Below, in pieces: positions 1-8,110 of a stretch of DNA of 64,000 bases; position 1 is the first letter of the stretch, and each line of letters begins with the position of its first letter. The stretch spans positions 9,570 through 73,569 of the forward strand of contig PAAU01000041.1 of NCBI GenBank assembly GCA_002699445.1. Reading direction: 5' to 3'. The notes beneath the pieces were generated by a model. That model made no database searches and had not been told where the DNA came from. It saw only the letters and a program-made list of their open reading frames with translations. The translations under genes and the position numbers were made by a program. The DNA is from Micrococcales bacterium. Lineage in GTDB: Bacteria > Actinomycetota > Actinomycetes > S36-B12 > GCA-2699445.

Positions 1-308
1 AGTGCCGCGTCGGCGACGTCATTCAGACCAATAGCCAACAGATCGTTGTCCAATTGTCGACCAAGTAGATACTCAGCGGATAGGTATGCAACGGCCTTCT
101 TACCGGCTGCCATCTGTTGCCTTAGGGTGCTCAACCAGCTCGACATCAAAGCACGGCGCACTGTGTGTGCCAGCGCAAAATACTTGTCGTTGTCGGTTGC
201 ACGTTCCAGACTCGCACCTTGGCCGTAGTGCAGCTCCTCCAGAAATGCTGTGGCGAACCCTTCGGAGGTGAAGATGTCCTCCCCGATTCTTTTCCCTGTC
301 TCAGTCAT
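1..308 (-). CDS. glgP: alpha-glucan (glycogen/maltodextrin) phosphorylase, N-terminal fragment; the gene runs off the window start
   Basis: The reverse-strand ATG at 308 opens a frame reading MTETGKRIGEDIFTSEGFATAFLEELHYGQGASLERATDNDKYFALAHTVRRALMSSWLSTLRQQMAAGKKAVAYLSAEYLLGRQLDNDLLAIGL. The K-x-V-A-Y-L-S-x-E-[FY]-L-x-G-R-x-L-x-N block is typical of GT35 phosphorylase N-termini. The ORF is absent from the track because it has no stop inside the window. Confidence 0.6.
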   Translation of the reverse strand, partial: MTETGKRIGEDIFTSEGFATAFLEELHYGQGASLERATDNDKYFALAHTVRRALMSSWLSTLRQQMAAGKKAVAYLSAEYLLGRQLDNDLLAIGLNDVADAA

Positions 309-430
309 TACCTACCTCACTCCACGGATCCCGAACTAGGGGTCATTCGAAGACTCGCAGAACCGCCGCCGGGTTTCACGGCAACAGAGATTCCGACCAA
401 ATAATGCGACTGGAATACCTCAGAAATCGG

Positions 431-1852
431 TCAGGGCACGTCTTGACCTGGACAGATACTCTTCTGCGGGCTTTTTACGCTGCCATCGGGCATAACTGTG
501 TTGCAATAAGTAGCACCCTGAAAATCAGTTCCCTTGAAGGTGCCCCCGGTCAAATCCGCGTTGGAGAGATTTGCACCGGACAAGTTGGCGTCAGTCAGGT
601 TGATCCCTATAGCGTTGGAGTCTGACAAGTCCACCTTTGACATATCTGCCCCGGTGAGATCTGCTCCGATCAGTGACCCCCAGCCGAAATCAGCGTCGGT
701 CAAGTCGGCGCCACGCATATTCGCAAGCGTCACTGAGGCAAACGCCCAAGATGTCCCAGTTAAATCCGCGTCAGCAACATCACTCATCGGGAATCCACCG
801 CCCACGAAACTGACGCCAGGAGCAACCAATGAGCGTGCATCTGACAACGCCATACTCAATCCCTCTGCTGAAGCGCCAGAGATATTTATTCGTCGCAAGC
901 GGGACAGATTCATCAAGACGTTCGAGAGATTCTCTCCTTCTAGATTGGCACCCGCGCAATCGGTTTGTTGTTTGAGCTTGCAGTCGCGGACAGTATCACC
1001 GTAGCGATGCGCCGGCTCGGGATTGGCTGCCGCTGCTGCTCCTGGGTAGAGAGGGTTATCTGAGGTCATCTTGATGGAGCTGCCCGCAGGACCCCACGCG
1101 GGAGGGTCGGGACAGTCGGAATCTGATGCGCCTTTGACAGAACCGTCTGGCATCAGTGTGTTGCAGAACTTAGCGTCTTTCCACTTAGTTCCTTGATCTA
1201 TGGCACCAACAAAATTGGATTCACTTAGATCGGCGCCACGGAAGTCAGCGCGACTGATATCTGCCTTGTTGAACGAAGATCCGTTAACGATAGAATTGGC
1301 AAAGTTAGCCCCGGTTAACTTTGCGCTGAAAAAATTCGACGTCGCGATCGTTGCACCAGTGAATTGGGTCGCTCGCATGTTGGCTTCAGTAGCATCGTTC
1401 AGAACCAATTGCGTCTTACTCAGATCGCTGTTTCCCAAATCTGTGCGGACCATGGCGGTTGCGGCTAGCTGGGTACCGGTTAAATCCGCGTTAGACAGGT
1501 CTGAAAATGCGACCGACCCACCTTTGAGGTTGGCACCACGCAGATTGGCACCGCGCAGGTTCGCATACGACAAGAACGCCCCCTGCAGATACTGATCAGA
1601 TAACTCCGCATTGGGGCACTCGGCATAGCTGGCGATAGAGCATCCGTTCACGTTGGTACCCGATAGCACTTGGTCCTTCGGGTCGCTATAGGTCTTCTGG
1701 AGTAAGTAATAGGGGTTAGTCGACGTGACTGTGATCTCGCTAACGGATGCTGAGGGACTCGACGAACTGTTCGAATCGGAGTTTCCGCAACCCGCTGAGA
1801 ACAAACAGAGGGCTAGCCCAAAGATTAGTGAGGGGCCCGTGCGGCTAATCAT
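431..1852 (-). CDS. exported pentapeptide-repeat lipoprotein (two tandem modules)
   Basis: 473-aa ORF with ATG at 1852. The N-terminus MISRTGPSLIFGLALCLFSAGC has a hydrophobic core plus a lipobox-like FSAG-C (Cys22). Long pentapeptide-repeat runs follow, e.g. ANLRGANLRGANLKG and ADLTGADMSKVDLSDSNAIGINLTDANLSGANLSNADLTG. An internal duplication is described in the findings. Confidence 0.8.
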   Translation of the reverse strand: MISRTGPSLIFGLALCLFSAGCGNSDSNSSSSPSASVSEITVTSTNPYYLLQKTYSDPKDQVLSGTNVNGCSIASYAECPNAELSDQYLQGAFLSYANLRGANLRGANLKGGSVAFSDLSNADLTGTQLAATAMVRTDLGNSDLSKTQLVLNDATEANMRATQFTGATIATSNFFSAKLTGANFANSIVNGSSFNKADISRADFRGADLSESNFVGAIDQGTKWKDAKFCNTLMPDGSVKGASDSDCPDPPAWGPAGSSIKMTSDNPLYPGAAAAANPEPAHRYGDTVRDCKLKQQTDCAGANLEGENLSNVLMNLSRLRRINISGASAEGLSMALSDARSLVAPGVSFVGGGFPMSDVADADLTGTSWAFASVTLANMRGADLTDADFGWGSLIGADLTGADMSKVDLSDSNAIGINLTDANLSGANLSNADLTGGTFKGTDFQGATYCNTVMPDGSVKSPQKSICPGQDVP

Positions 1853-1940
1853 GGGAGTACCCTAACCATCTACGTCTGGATACCCAACAACCTCTCAAGA
1901 TCCGCATCGTATTTCCGTGACCTGAAACGATACGCGGGTT

Positions 1941-4900
1941 CTAAGCGATGACCTCGATACTGGCTGGTCCGTCCTGTTGCGGCCGTCGAATCTTGATCCG
2001 TTCCGACACCCGCTCCTTCAACTCAGTTACATGGCTGACGATCCCCACCGATCGGCCATTCTCGCGCAGCCCATCAATTACCTCGATGACGTCCTCTAAC
2101 ACGTCAGGATCCAGAGTTCCGAAGCCTTCATCAATGAACAGCGTGTCCATCGCGGCGCCGCCAGCTTCAGCCTGCACCACGTCTGCGAGGCCTAGAGCTA
2201 GCGCCAGCGAGGTATAAAACTTCTCCCCACCGGAGAGCGTCTTGGGGCTTCGCTCCTGATTGGTGTGCCTGTCCAGCACCTGCAGCCCCAGACCAGTGCG
2301 GTCGGTGGCTCGCTGGACCGCATCATTTTGAACTAACTCGTACTTGCCGCCAGCGATCCGAGTCAAGCGACGATTCGCCGCGATCACGACTTGCTGGAGG
2401 TACCGCTGCAAAACAAAGCTGGTCAACGCGATCCTTCCCTGGCGACTGGTCCGAGTACCCGCGGCGAGACCGGCCAGTTCCTGGATCGGTTCTGCTAGCG
2501 CAGTGACTCGGTCCAGTTCCGCGAGTGACTCCTCAACTCGTGACATGGCCTGTCCGAATCGTTCGGCTCTTCCTTCCGCCTTAGCAAGGCGGCGGGTTGC
2601 CTCATCTGCGGCCGTCTGAGCCTTGTGGAGTGCCGCTTCGGCCGCATTAGCCGTGGCCGTTACCTCATCAGCATTGACCGAGTCCGGGTCGATCCCCTGC
2701 AACTCCTTGCCTTTGGCCAGTTCAGCCAACCCTGCCTTTTCCACATCATCTTCTTCGACGACACTGGCCAGTTGCCGCAAATCATCCTCAGGCAGCAGCG
2801 CATCTTGTAGGTTGCTCAGCGATTTAAATCCGGCTTTCTTACAGTCTTGCTCGAACTGGGCTCGTTGTTCATCGACCCGGGTAACCGCGCTATTTAATGC
2901 TGAGATGGCTTCTTGTAAACGGTCGAGTTGTCGTCGTTTTGATTCAAGGTTCTGTCGTCGGGCCGCGACAGTCGCAAAGTTCTCTCGTAACTCTGCGAGC
3001 TGCTTGTCCAAATCGGTGATCTCCTGCTGTCGCGAATCCACCCGCGTTGTGAGTTCCTTTTCGTGGCCAGTGATATTAAGGATTTTCTGCTCGTTGTGCT
3101 CTCGCTGCTCCTGCAACCCAGCCAGTTTCGCTCGCAGTCTCGGCAGGTCCGCTGCCGCGGCCTCTGCCTGCTGTAGTTGACCGATGACCTTGTCGAGTTC
3201 AGCTTGCACGGCTTCCCAACGAGCATCACTCGCAGCAGCTCGTCGGGCCGCCAGTTTCTGGTTGAGATCGGCCACGTTTTTATCGGCCTGGTCACGTTCA
3301 CGTTCAAACTGCTTCGCTTTCGCATCCGCAGAATCAATCTGCCCCTCAGACACCGCCTGGTCATCAGGCTGTGCCAGTTGTGGGTGCTCCGTCGAGCCAC
3401 ACACAACGCACGGTTCGCCTGACTGCAGCTGACCGGCGAGTTCGGCGGCCATACCGACGATCCGACGCTGCACAAGTTCCTGATGATGACTACGTGCCCG
3501 TTGGTGATCATCAATCGCCGCGCGCTGGACGTCCTGGGCCGCGACAAGTGCGGGTTGCAGGTCTGCCGCTGCCTTCGCCGCAGATAACTGGCTCGTGAGT
3601 CTGACTTGGGATTCCCGCAACACCTTTACCCGATCGGCTCGCTCCTTGTGCTGATTCACCTGCTCTTCGTGATCACTAATCAACTCGGGCAATTGTTTTT
3701 TCTGCTCGTTGAGTTCTTGCAGTTGCTTGTGAGCATCCGTAGCCTCAGCCTGAAGTTCCGCTAGTTTCGTCTTCTTCGCCGGAAGCGCTTCCTCGTCAGT
3801 AACAGCCGGCCCCAACTTTGCGGCAGTATCACCCACCTTCGTGAGGTGTTCTCTCAAACCATCAGGGTTGGCGGACCAACGTTCCAACTCATCGCGGGAA
3901 CCCGCTAGTTCAACTGCTGTCGTCTCCGCCGCCATCTGCGTTGCTATAGCGCCGTTCAATGAAGTCAGCGTGTGCCCCGGACCTACTGCTCGTCGAGCCT
4001 TCGCTAGTTGGGTCTGATCCCGCGTTCGTCGCTCGGCAGTAGCAGCGAATTCGCGCTGCCGCCGGGCGAATTCCAGAACACTGTCGATACGTTCCTTCCG
4101 CTGAACTGCAGCAGTTGCTTCCTTTTCCGCCCGCTGTCGTTCCCGATCAGCGTTGTCACACACGCTACCGGCCGAGGTGACCTCCTGGGCCAGCACAGCA
4201 CCGATGGATTTCAGTTCGTTCGTAAGCTCCGCAGGGTCTATCTCTTTGATGAGTTCGACCTGCTCCTCAGACAGTGCCGCAGCCTCCAGCGCGGCTGCTC
4301 GCGCCTCACCGACCGAGTTCTTCTGCTCAGTGATCCGCACTTTGGCTTGTTTAGCCTCTTCGGCCAGCAATTCCGTGATCTTGTCGTACTGCCACGCGCC
4401 AAAAAGGCTAGTGAGTAGTTTGCGGCGGATATCGTCGTCGGCCTCGAGGAATCGACTGAACTCACCCTGTGGCAGCAGCACTACTTTGCTGAACTGAGCT
4501 CGGTCGAGGCCAACCAGTTCCTGGACTCGAATACCGGCTTCCTTGTGGTCGTCGGTGATCAGTTCGGTCGCACCGGCATCCTTCACTCGGAACAGCGCAA
4601 CTGCAGCATTTTCGGTAGTGAATCCGTCACCCCGCCTTTTGGGGCGCTGGTGTTGCGGGCTGCGCACAACTCGATGCTGTTGACCATTCACTGAGAAATC
4701 AAGTATCACTTCAGGCGTCACATCGGGTTCAGCGAAGTGCGAATGCATCCGAGCCAGATCGGCGGAGTCGCTCGCCACTGCGCCATAGAGGGCGAATGTG
4801 ATTGAATCCAGCACGGTGGACTTCCCCACCCCGGTAGGGCCTTCCAACAGAAATACCCCGCTCTCGGCGAGACGCTGGAAATCCACCACCTGCGAATCTG

Positions 4901-4943
4901 CAAACGGGCCTACCGCGGTCATAGTCAGTTGATGCAACCGCAT
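1941..4943 (-). CDS. sbcC: SbcC/Rad50-family exonuclease ATPase subunit
   Basis: 1000 aa. Walker A GPTGVGKST, a long Q/E/A/L-rich coiled-coil, a central zinc-hook CxxC (GEPCVVCGSTEHP), the ABC signature LSGGE, and Walker B LFIDEGFG. The start lies 2 nt after the sbcD stop. Confidence 0.9.
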   Translation of the reverse strand: MRLHQLTMTAVGPFADSQVVDFQRLAESGVFLLEGPTGVGKSTVLDSITFALYGAVASDSADLARMHSHFAEPDVTPEVILDFSVNGQQHRVVRSPQHQRPKRRGDGFTTENAAVALFRVKDAGATELITDDHKEAGIRVQELVGLDRAQFSKVVLLPQGEFSRFLEADDDIRRKLLTSLFGAWQYDKITELLAEEAKQAKVRITEQKNSVGEARAAALEAAALSEEQVELIKEIDPAELTNELKSIGAVLAQEVTSAGSVCDNADRERQRAEKEATAAVQRKERIDSVLEFARRQREFAATAERRTRDQTQLAKARRAVGPGHTLTSLNGAIATQMAAETTAVELAGSRDELERWSANPDGLREHLTKVGDTAAKLGPAVTDEEALPAKKTKLAELQAEATDAHKQLQELNEQKKQLPELISDHEEQVNQHKERADRVKVLRESQVRLTSQLSAAKAAADLQPALVAAQDVQRAAIDDHQRARSHHQELVQRRIVGMAAELAGQLQSGEPCVVCGSTEHPQLAQPDDQAVSEGQIDSADAKAKQFERERDQADKNVADLNQKLAARRAAASDARWEAVQAELDKVIGQLQQAEAAAADLPRLRAKLAGLQEQREHNEQKILNITGHEKELTTRVDSRQQEITDLDKQLAELRENFATVAARRQNLESKRRQLDRLQEAISALNSAVTRVDEQRAQFEQDCKKAGFKSLSNLQDALLPEDDLRQLASVVEEDDVEKAGLAELAKGKELQGIDPDSVNADEVTATANAAEAALHKAQTAADEATRRLAKAEGRAERFGQAMSRVEESLAELDRVTALAEPIQELAGLAAGTRTSRQGRIALTSFVLQRYLQQVVIAANRRLTRIAGGKYELVQNDAVQRATDRTGLGLQVLDRHTNQERSPKTLSGGEKFYTSLALALGLADVVQAEAGGAAMDTLFIDEGFGTLDPDVLEDVIEVIDGLRENGRSVGIVSHVTELKERVSERIKIRRPQQDGPASIEVIA

Positions 4944-4945
4944 GC

Positions 4946-6115
4946 CTACTTGGCCTCCTCACCGCTCGCGGTCACGACGCCATCGATCAGCTCACTGCGA
5001 ACCTGATCGGGTTCCGCCCCGGTGTGAAACTCCATGAAATCCTTGGTTACTAGAGTTGGATTCTGTCGCTCCAGTCGACCTAGTGGTGCTAACTGGGTTT
5101 CTCCTACCGCTCCAGCCGGCTGGAAGTCCAGTGCGATGGTGTTGTGCCACACGCCGCGCAACCGCTCCATCGGCGACTCTGGCCGAACGTTGTCGGTCAA
5201 GATCACTTTGAGCCAGGCTCTGGTGTCCCCTGGATCATCGGCCGCCTGGGCGAGCAGTTCCTCGAGGTTCCCTTTCTCTTGGCGCATTCCTCGTCCCACC
5301 GGGATGGGTAGTCGCTCGACTGACACTGTGCCCGTGCCATTGATCTTCACTAGCGCTACCGACTTGGTGTGGTTTCGTTCCGAGAACGAGAACGCCAGCG
5401 GTGACCCGCTGTAAGCAACTACGGTGTCCGATTCCGCGAGAGATACCGTCTGCGGTCCATGCAAATGACCCAAAGCTGTGTAGTTGAAACCATCGAAGAC
5501 TGCTGCCGACGCATCAGCGATACCACCGACGGAAATGTCACGCTCCGATTCCGATTCCTCCGCCTTGGCGGACCCACCCTTGATGAAGGCATGTGCCATG
5601 ACCACGATGCGTTCCAGTCCGCGCTCGCCTGCGTCAGCCCTGATCCGTTCAGCGGCAGCCGCGAGCACCGCCTCGTGACTACGGTCCGCCTCTAGCTCAG
5701 CCATCACCGCGTCCGGAAGCAGGTAGGGAATGCCGTAGAAACCGACGTCACCATATTCATCACTGAGCACGACAGGTTGCGTAATCCCGGGCACGTCAGT
5801 GCGAAGATGCACTCCGCTATCGGCCATCACTTTGCCGCCGTAGCTCAGTCGAACCGCACTGTCGTGATTTCCGGGGGTGAGGATCAATTCCACGTCAGAC
5901 TTCGCGAAGGCCGCGACGGTCTCGTCGAGAATCTGCACTGCTTCCACGGGCGGGAGAGCTCGATCGTAGATATCTCCAGCCACCACCACGGCAGCGGCCT
6001 GTTGCTCTTGAGCCGTAGCAAGGAGCCACTTGCAGAATTCGCGTTGGTAGTCCAACAATTCCTGATTATGCAGTTTGCGACCCAGATGCCAATCCGAGGT
6101 ATGAATGAACTTCAT
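4946..6115 (-). CDS. sbcD: SbcD/Mre11-family exonuclease nuclease subunit
   Basis: The track ORF extends to 6166. I place the start at ATG 6115, giving MKFIHTSDWHLG as in SbcD N-termini. Calcineurin-like phosphoesterase motifs are present: DWHLG, GDIYD, GNHD, GHLH. Confidence 0.9.
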   Translation of the reverse strand: MKFIHTSDWHLGRKLHNQELLDYQREFCKWLLATAQEQQAAAVVVAGDIYDRALPPVEAVQILDETVAAFAKSDVELILTPGNHDSAVRLSYGGKVMADSGVHLRTDVPGITQPVVLSDEYGDVGFYGIPYLLPDAVMAELEADRSHEAVLAAAAERIRADAGERGLERIVVMAHAFIKGGSAKAEESESERDISVGGIADASAAVFDGFNYTALGHLHGPQTVSLAESDTVVAYSGSPLAFSFSERNHTKSVALVKINGTGTVSVERLPIPVGRGMRQEKGNLEELLAQAADDPGDTRAWLKVILTDNVRPESPMERLRGVWHNTIALDFQPAGAVGETQLAPLGRLERQNPTLVTKDFMEFHTGAEPDQVRSELIDGVVTASGEEAK

Positions 6116-6144
6116 CGCTCCCCCAATCTGTCGACATTGCACCC

Positions 6145-6162
6145 CTGGCCTGATGTCCGGGC
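6145..6162. repeat. copy A of an exact 18-nt motif CTGGCCTGATGTCCGGGC (minus-strand reading GCCCGGACATCAGGCCAG)
   Basis: The identical 18-mer recurs at 31223..31240 in the same orientation. Both copies lie 20-30 nt upstream of a minus-strand start codon (sbcD here, degV there). Confidence 0.7.
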
Positions 6163-6217
6163 GCAAAATATCCGGCTAACTACAACCCATCCGACCATGG
6201 ATACGATGGAGCGAGAG

Positions 6218-6254
6218 AAGTGCCCCTGCATTCCCCCACGCCGCAGGGGCACTT
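6218..6254. other. orphan stem-loop with a perfect 12-bp stem (AAGTGCCCCTGC / GCAGGGGCACTT) and a 13-nt loop
   Basis: Read directly: 6218-6229 pairs with 6243-6254. The loop is ATTCCCCCACGCC on the plus strand (C-rich) and G-rich on the minus strand. It sits in the roughly 440-nt non-coding gap between the sbcD start and the Kelch gene stop. Its function is unknown. Confidence 0.5.
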
Positions 6255-6553
6255 GGCTTTCGAACCCAACTTCCGCAAGAGTCCGATGCACCACTCGTAT
6301 CTAACCATCACAATCATGACCCCGATGGTGTTGTTCCCATCGTTGATCGTGATCGACGGAGTTGTAATCTCGCTACAGAGAATCACAAGGCTCCGACACC
6401 ACCCCCGAATTTGCAGTGGCGCTGCTCTAGCAGGTGGAAGACATCACGGTCCTGCCCGACAGGTGGTCAAGTCGTTGCCAGAAGTTAATCAGATAAGTAG
6501 TAGTCTCCACCGCTAACGTGGCTTGGCCGAACCGGTTCTAGTCGTCTGATGCG

Positions 6554-8044
6554 TCACCTTTGAGTCCGGAAGGACACTTTTTGATTCGGCCCACCACCAG
6601 CGTCATTCTTGCCGCGTAACTCGATTACGTATTTGGTGTTGGGCTTTAGCTTTTTACCCTTTTTCAATTTTCTGAAAGTCTTGGAATACGTGCTCGTGCC
6701 CGAAACCTTTAACTTCTTCTTCTTCTTACCGTTCCAGTCTTGCCAGGACTTACCTTTCTTCTTTATCCGGTATTGGTAGTTCGTCACCTTGGCGCCACCA
6801 TCGCGTCGCGGTTTTTTCCAAGTCACCGTGGCCCGAGCCATAGCCACGTCGGCCCGCATCACATCCGTGACTGTTCCCGGTGCGGCAACAGGCTTATACA
6901 GCTCAGCAACGTTCGGGGTATCCGGAAAAGCGACACCGCCGGCAAACAAGATATTCCTGTCACGCAATACGGTACTGACCTGGCCTCGTCGATCTGTCGA
7001 CATCCCTCCGACTGTGCGGAATGTCTTGTCATAGGGGTTGTAGGACTCCCCAGATCCATCGATGCCAAAATCATCCGGACTAGTTCCAAAGAACCCATTA
7101 GCCACAAGAACATACTCTTGGCCTTGGTAGTAACCAACAGAAGCCGAATGGGCCGCGCGACCCATGCTCATGGAGGCATCCCGGACGAATTTTCTTTTGC
7201 TGGGTTTGTATCTTTCTGTGGACGCCTGTGTTTGACCGCCTCGCCAGCCACCCGTTACGAGGACCGTGCCGTCCCGCAATGGCGATGCGCGATGGTCGTA
7301 CCGGGCCGTAGACATTGCACCGGTGGAAACGAACCTCGATTTCTTGGGGTTATACAACTCGGCACTGTTTAGCGCTTCGTATAGACCGGCTCGCTCTGGC
7401 TGCGACACCGAGCTGGTGCCACCGGTGAGAAGGACAGAACCGTCTTGCAGTACGGATGCGGTCTGTATTCTGCGAGGTACTGTCATGGATCCGGTTGCTT
7501 TGAATGTTCCCGTTTTCGGATCGTAGATCTCTGCACTCTGAAGGGTTGCGCGTGTCGATGGCGATTCACCACCAGCAACAAGCACTCGTCCGTCGTTAAG
7601 TAGCGAGGCCGTATGCAGTGCGCGGGCCTCCGCCATGGAACCCGAACGACTGAAGCTACCGGTGGCCGGGTCATAGATTTCTGCGTAGGTCTCCGGCGTG
7701 CCTCCAACAATCAGTACCTTCCCGTCATCTAACACGGTCGCCGTCGGGTTGTTTCGCGGGACAGCCATAGAACCTGTGGCGGCAAAGGTCTTACTTTTCG
7801 GATCGTAGATCTCAGCGGAACTCAATTTCACTAATGGCCCTGTCGAAAAACTTTCTCCCCCCACGAAGAGAACGCGTCCATCCTGAAGTCGAGTCTGCGT
7901 TCCAAAGGTTGAGCCCGCAATCATCGAACCTGTGTCCGAAAAGGTGCCGTTCTTCTTGGCCGAACTCGCCGGGACTGCGACCAACGCCCCCGCCAGGAGA
8001 ACCGCGGCAAAACTTATAGGAATCAGCGAACGAAATGGCGACAT
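6554..8044 (-). CDS. secreted Kelch-repeat beta-propeller protein with a C-terminal lysine-rich fibronectin-III domain
   Basis: 496 aa. Signal peptide MSPFRSLIPISFAAVLLAGALVAVPASSA. Seven Kelch-like blades are marked by DG(R/K/S/T)VL(F/I/V/L)(V/A/T)GG and (S/Y)AE(I/L)Y(D/N)P...F...G(S/A)M. The C-terminus fits Fn3 (TVTWKKPRRDGGAKVTNYQYRI...YVIELRGKNDAGGGPNQKVSFRT), interrupted by KKKGK, KKKKKLK and KLKKGKKLK runs. Confidence 0.8.
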   Translation of the reverse strand: MSPFRSLIPISFAAVLLAGALVAVPASSAKKNGTFSDTGSMIAGSTFGTQTRLQDGRVLFVGGESFSTGPLVKLSSAEIYDPKSKTFAATGSMAVPRNNPTATVLDDGKVLIVGGTPETYAEIYDPATGSFSRSGSMAEARALHTASLLNDGRVLVAGGESPSTRATLQSAEIYDPKTGTFKATGSMTVPRRIQTASVLQDGSVLLTGGTSSVSQPERAGLYEALNSAELYNPKKSRFVSTGAMSTARYDHRASPLRDGTVLVTGGWRGGQTQASTERYKPSKRKFVRDASMSMGRAAHSASVGYYQGQEYVLVANGFFGTSPDDFGIDGSGESYNPYDKTFRTVGGMSTDRRGQVSTVLRDRNILFAGGVAFPDTPNVAELYKPVAAPGTVTDVMRADVAMARATVTWKKPRRDGGAKVTNYQYRIKKKGKSWQDWNGKKKKKLKVSGTSTYSKTFRKLKKGKKLKPNTKYVIELRGKNDAGGGPNQKVSFRTQR

Positions 8045-8110
8045 AGGCGAGACAATATCGGTTGTCGACGCTCGAAGACGGTTTAGCGAAGCCGAATATG
8101 CAGGCGAGAT

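Noticed and set aside
1941-6115. SbcC/SbcD considered as a Rad50/Mre11-like anti-phage module (Lamassu-, Gabija- or Wadjet-type).
   Set aside because: Sizes, motif set (zinc hook, Walker A/B, Mre11 phosphoesterase motifs) and the 2-nt sbcD-sbcC junction are those of housekeeping SbcCD. There are no extra effector domains or partner genes.
6218-6254. 6C-type small RNA, considered because of the C-rich loop.
   Set aside because: As I recall, 6C RNA has two adjacent hairpins that both carry C-rich loops. Only one convincing hairpin is present here, and the upstream sequence does not fold into a second.
6259-6274. Possible LexA SOS box (TCGAAC-N4-GTTCGA type) upstream of sbcD.
   Set aside because: The sequence TCGAACCCAACTTCCG matches the left half, but only 3 of 6 positions of the right half. 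It lies about 145 nt from the start. The evidence is insufficient.
6180-6516. Track ORFs of 68 aa (minus strand) and 98 aa (plus strand) in the sbcD-Kelch gap.
   Set aside because: There is no SD. Both read straight through the 12-bp hairpin, and the composition does not look like coding sequence.
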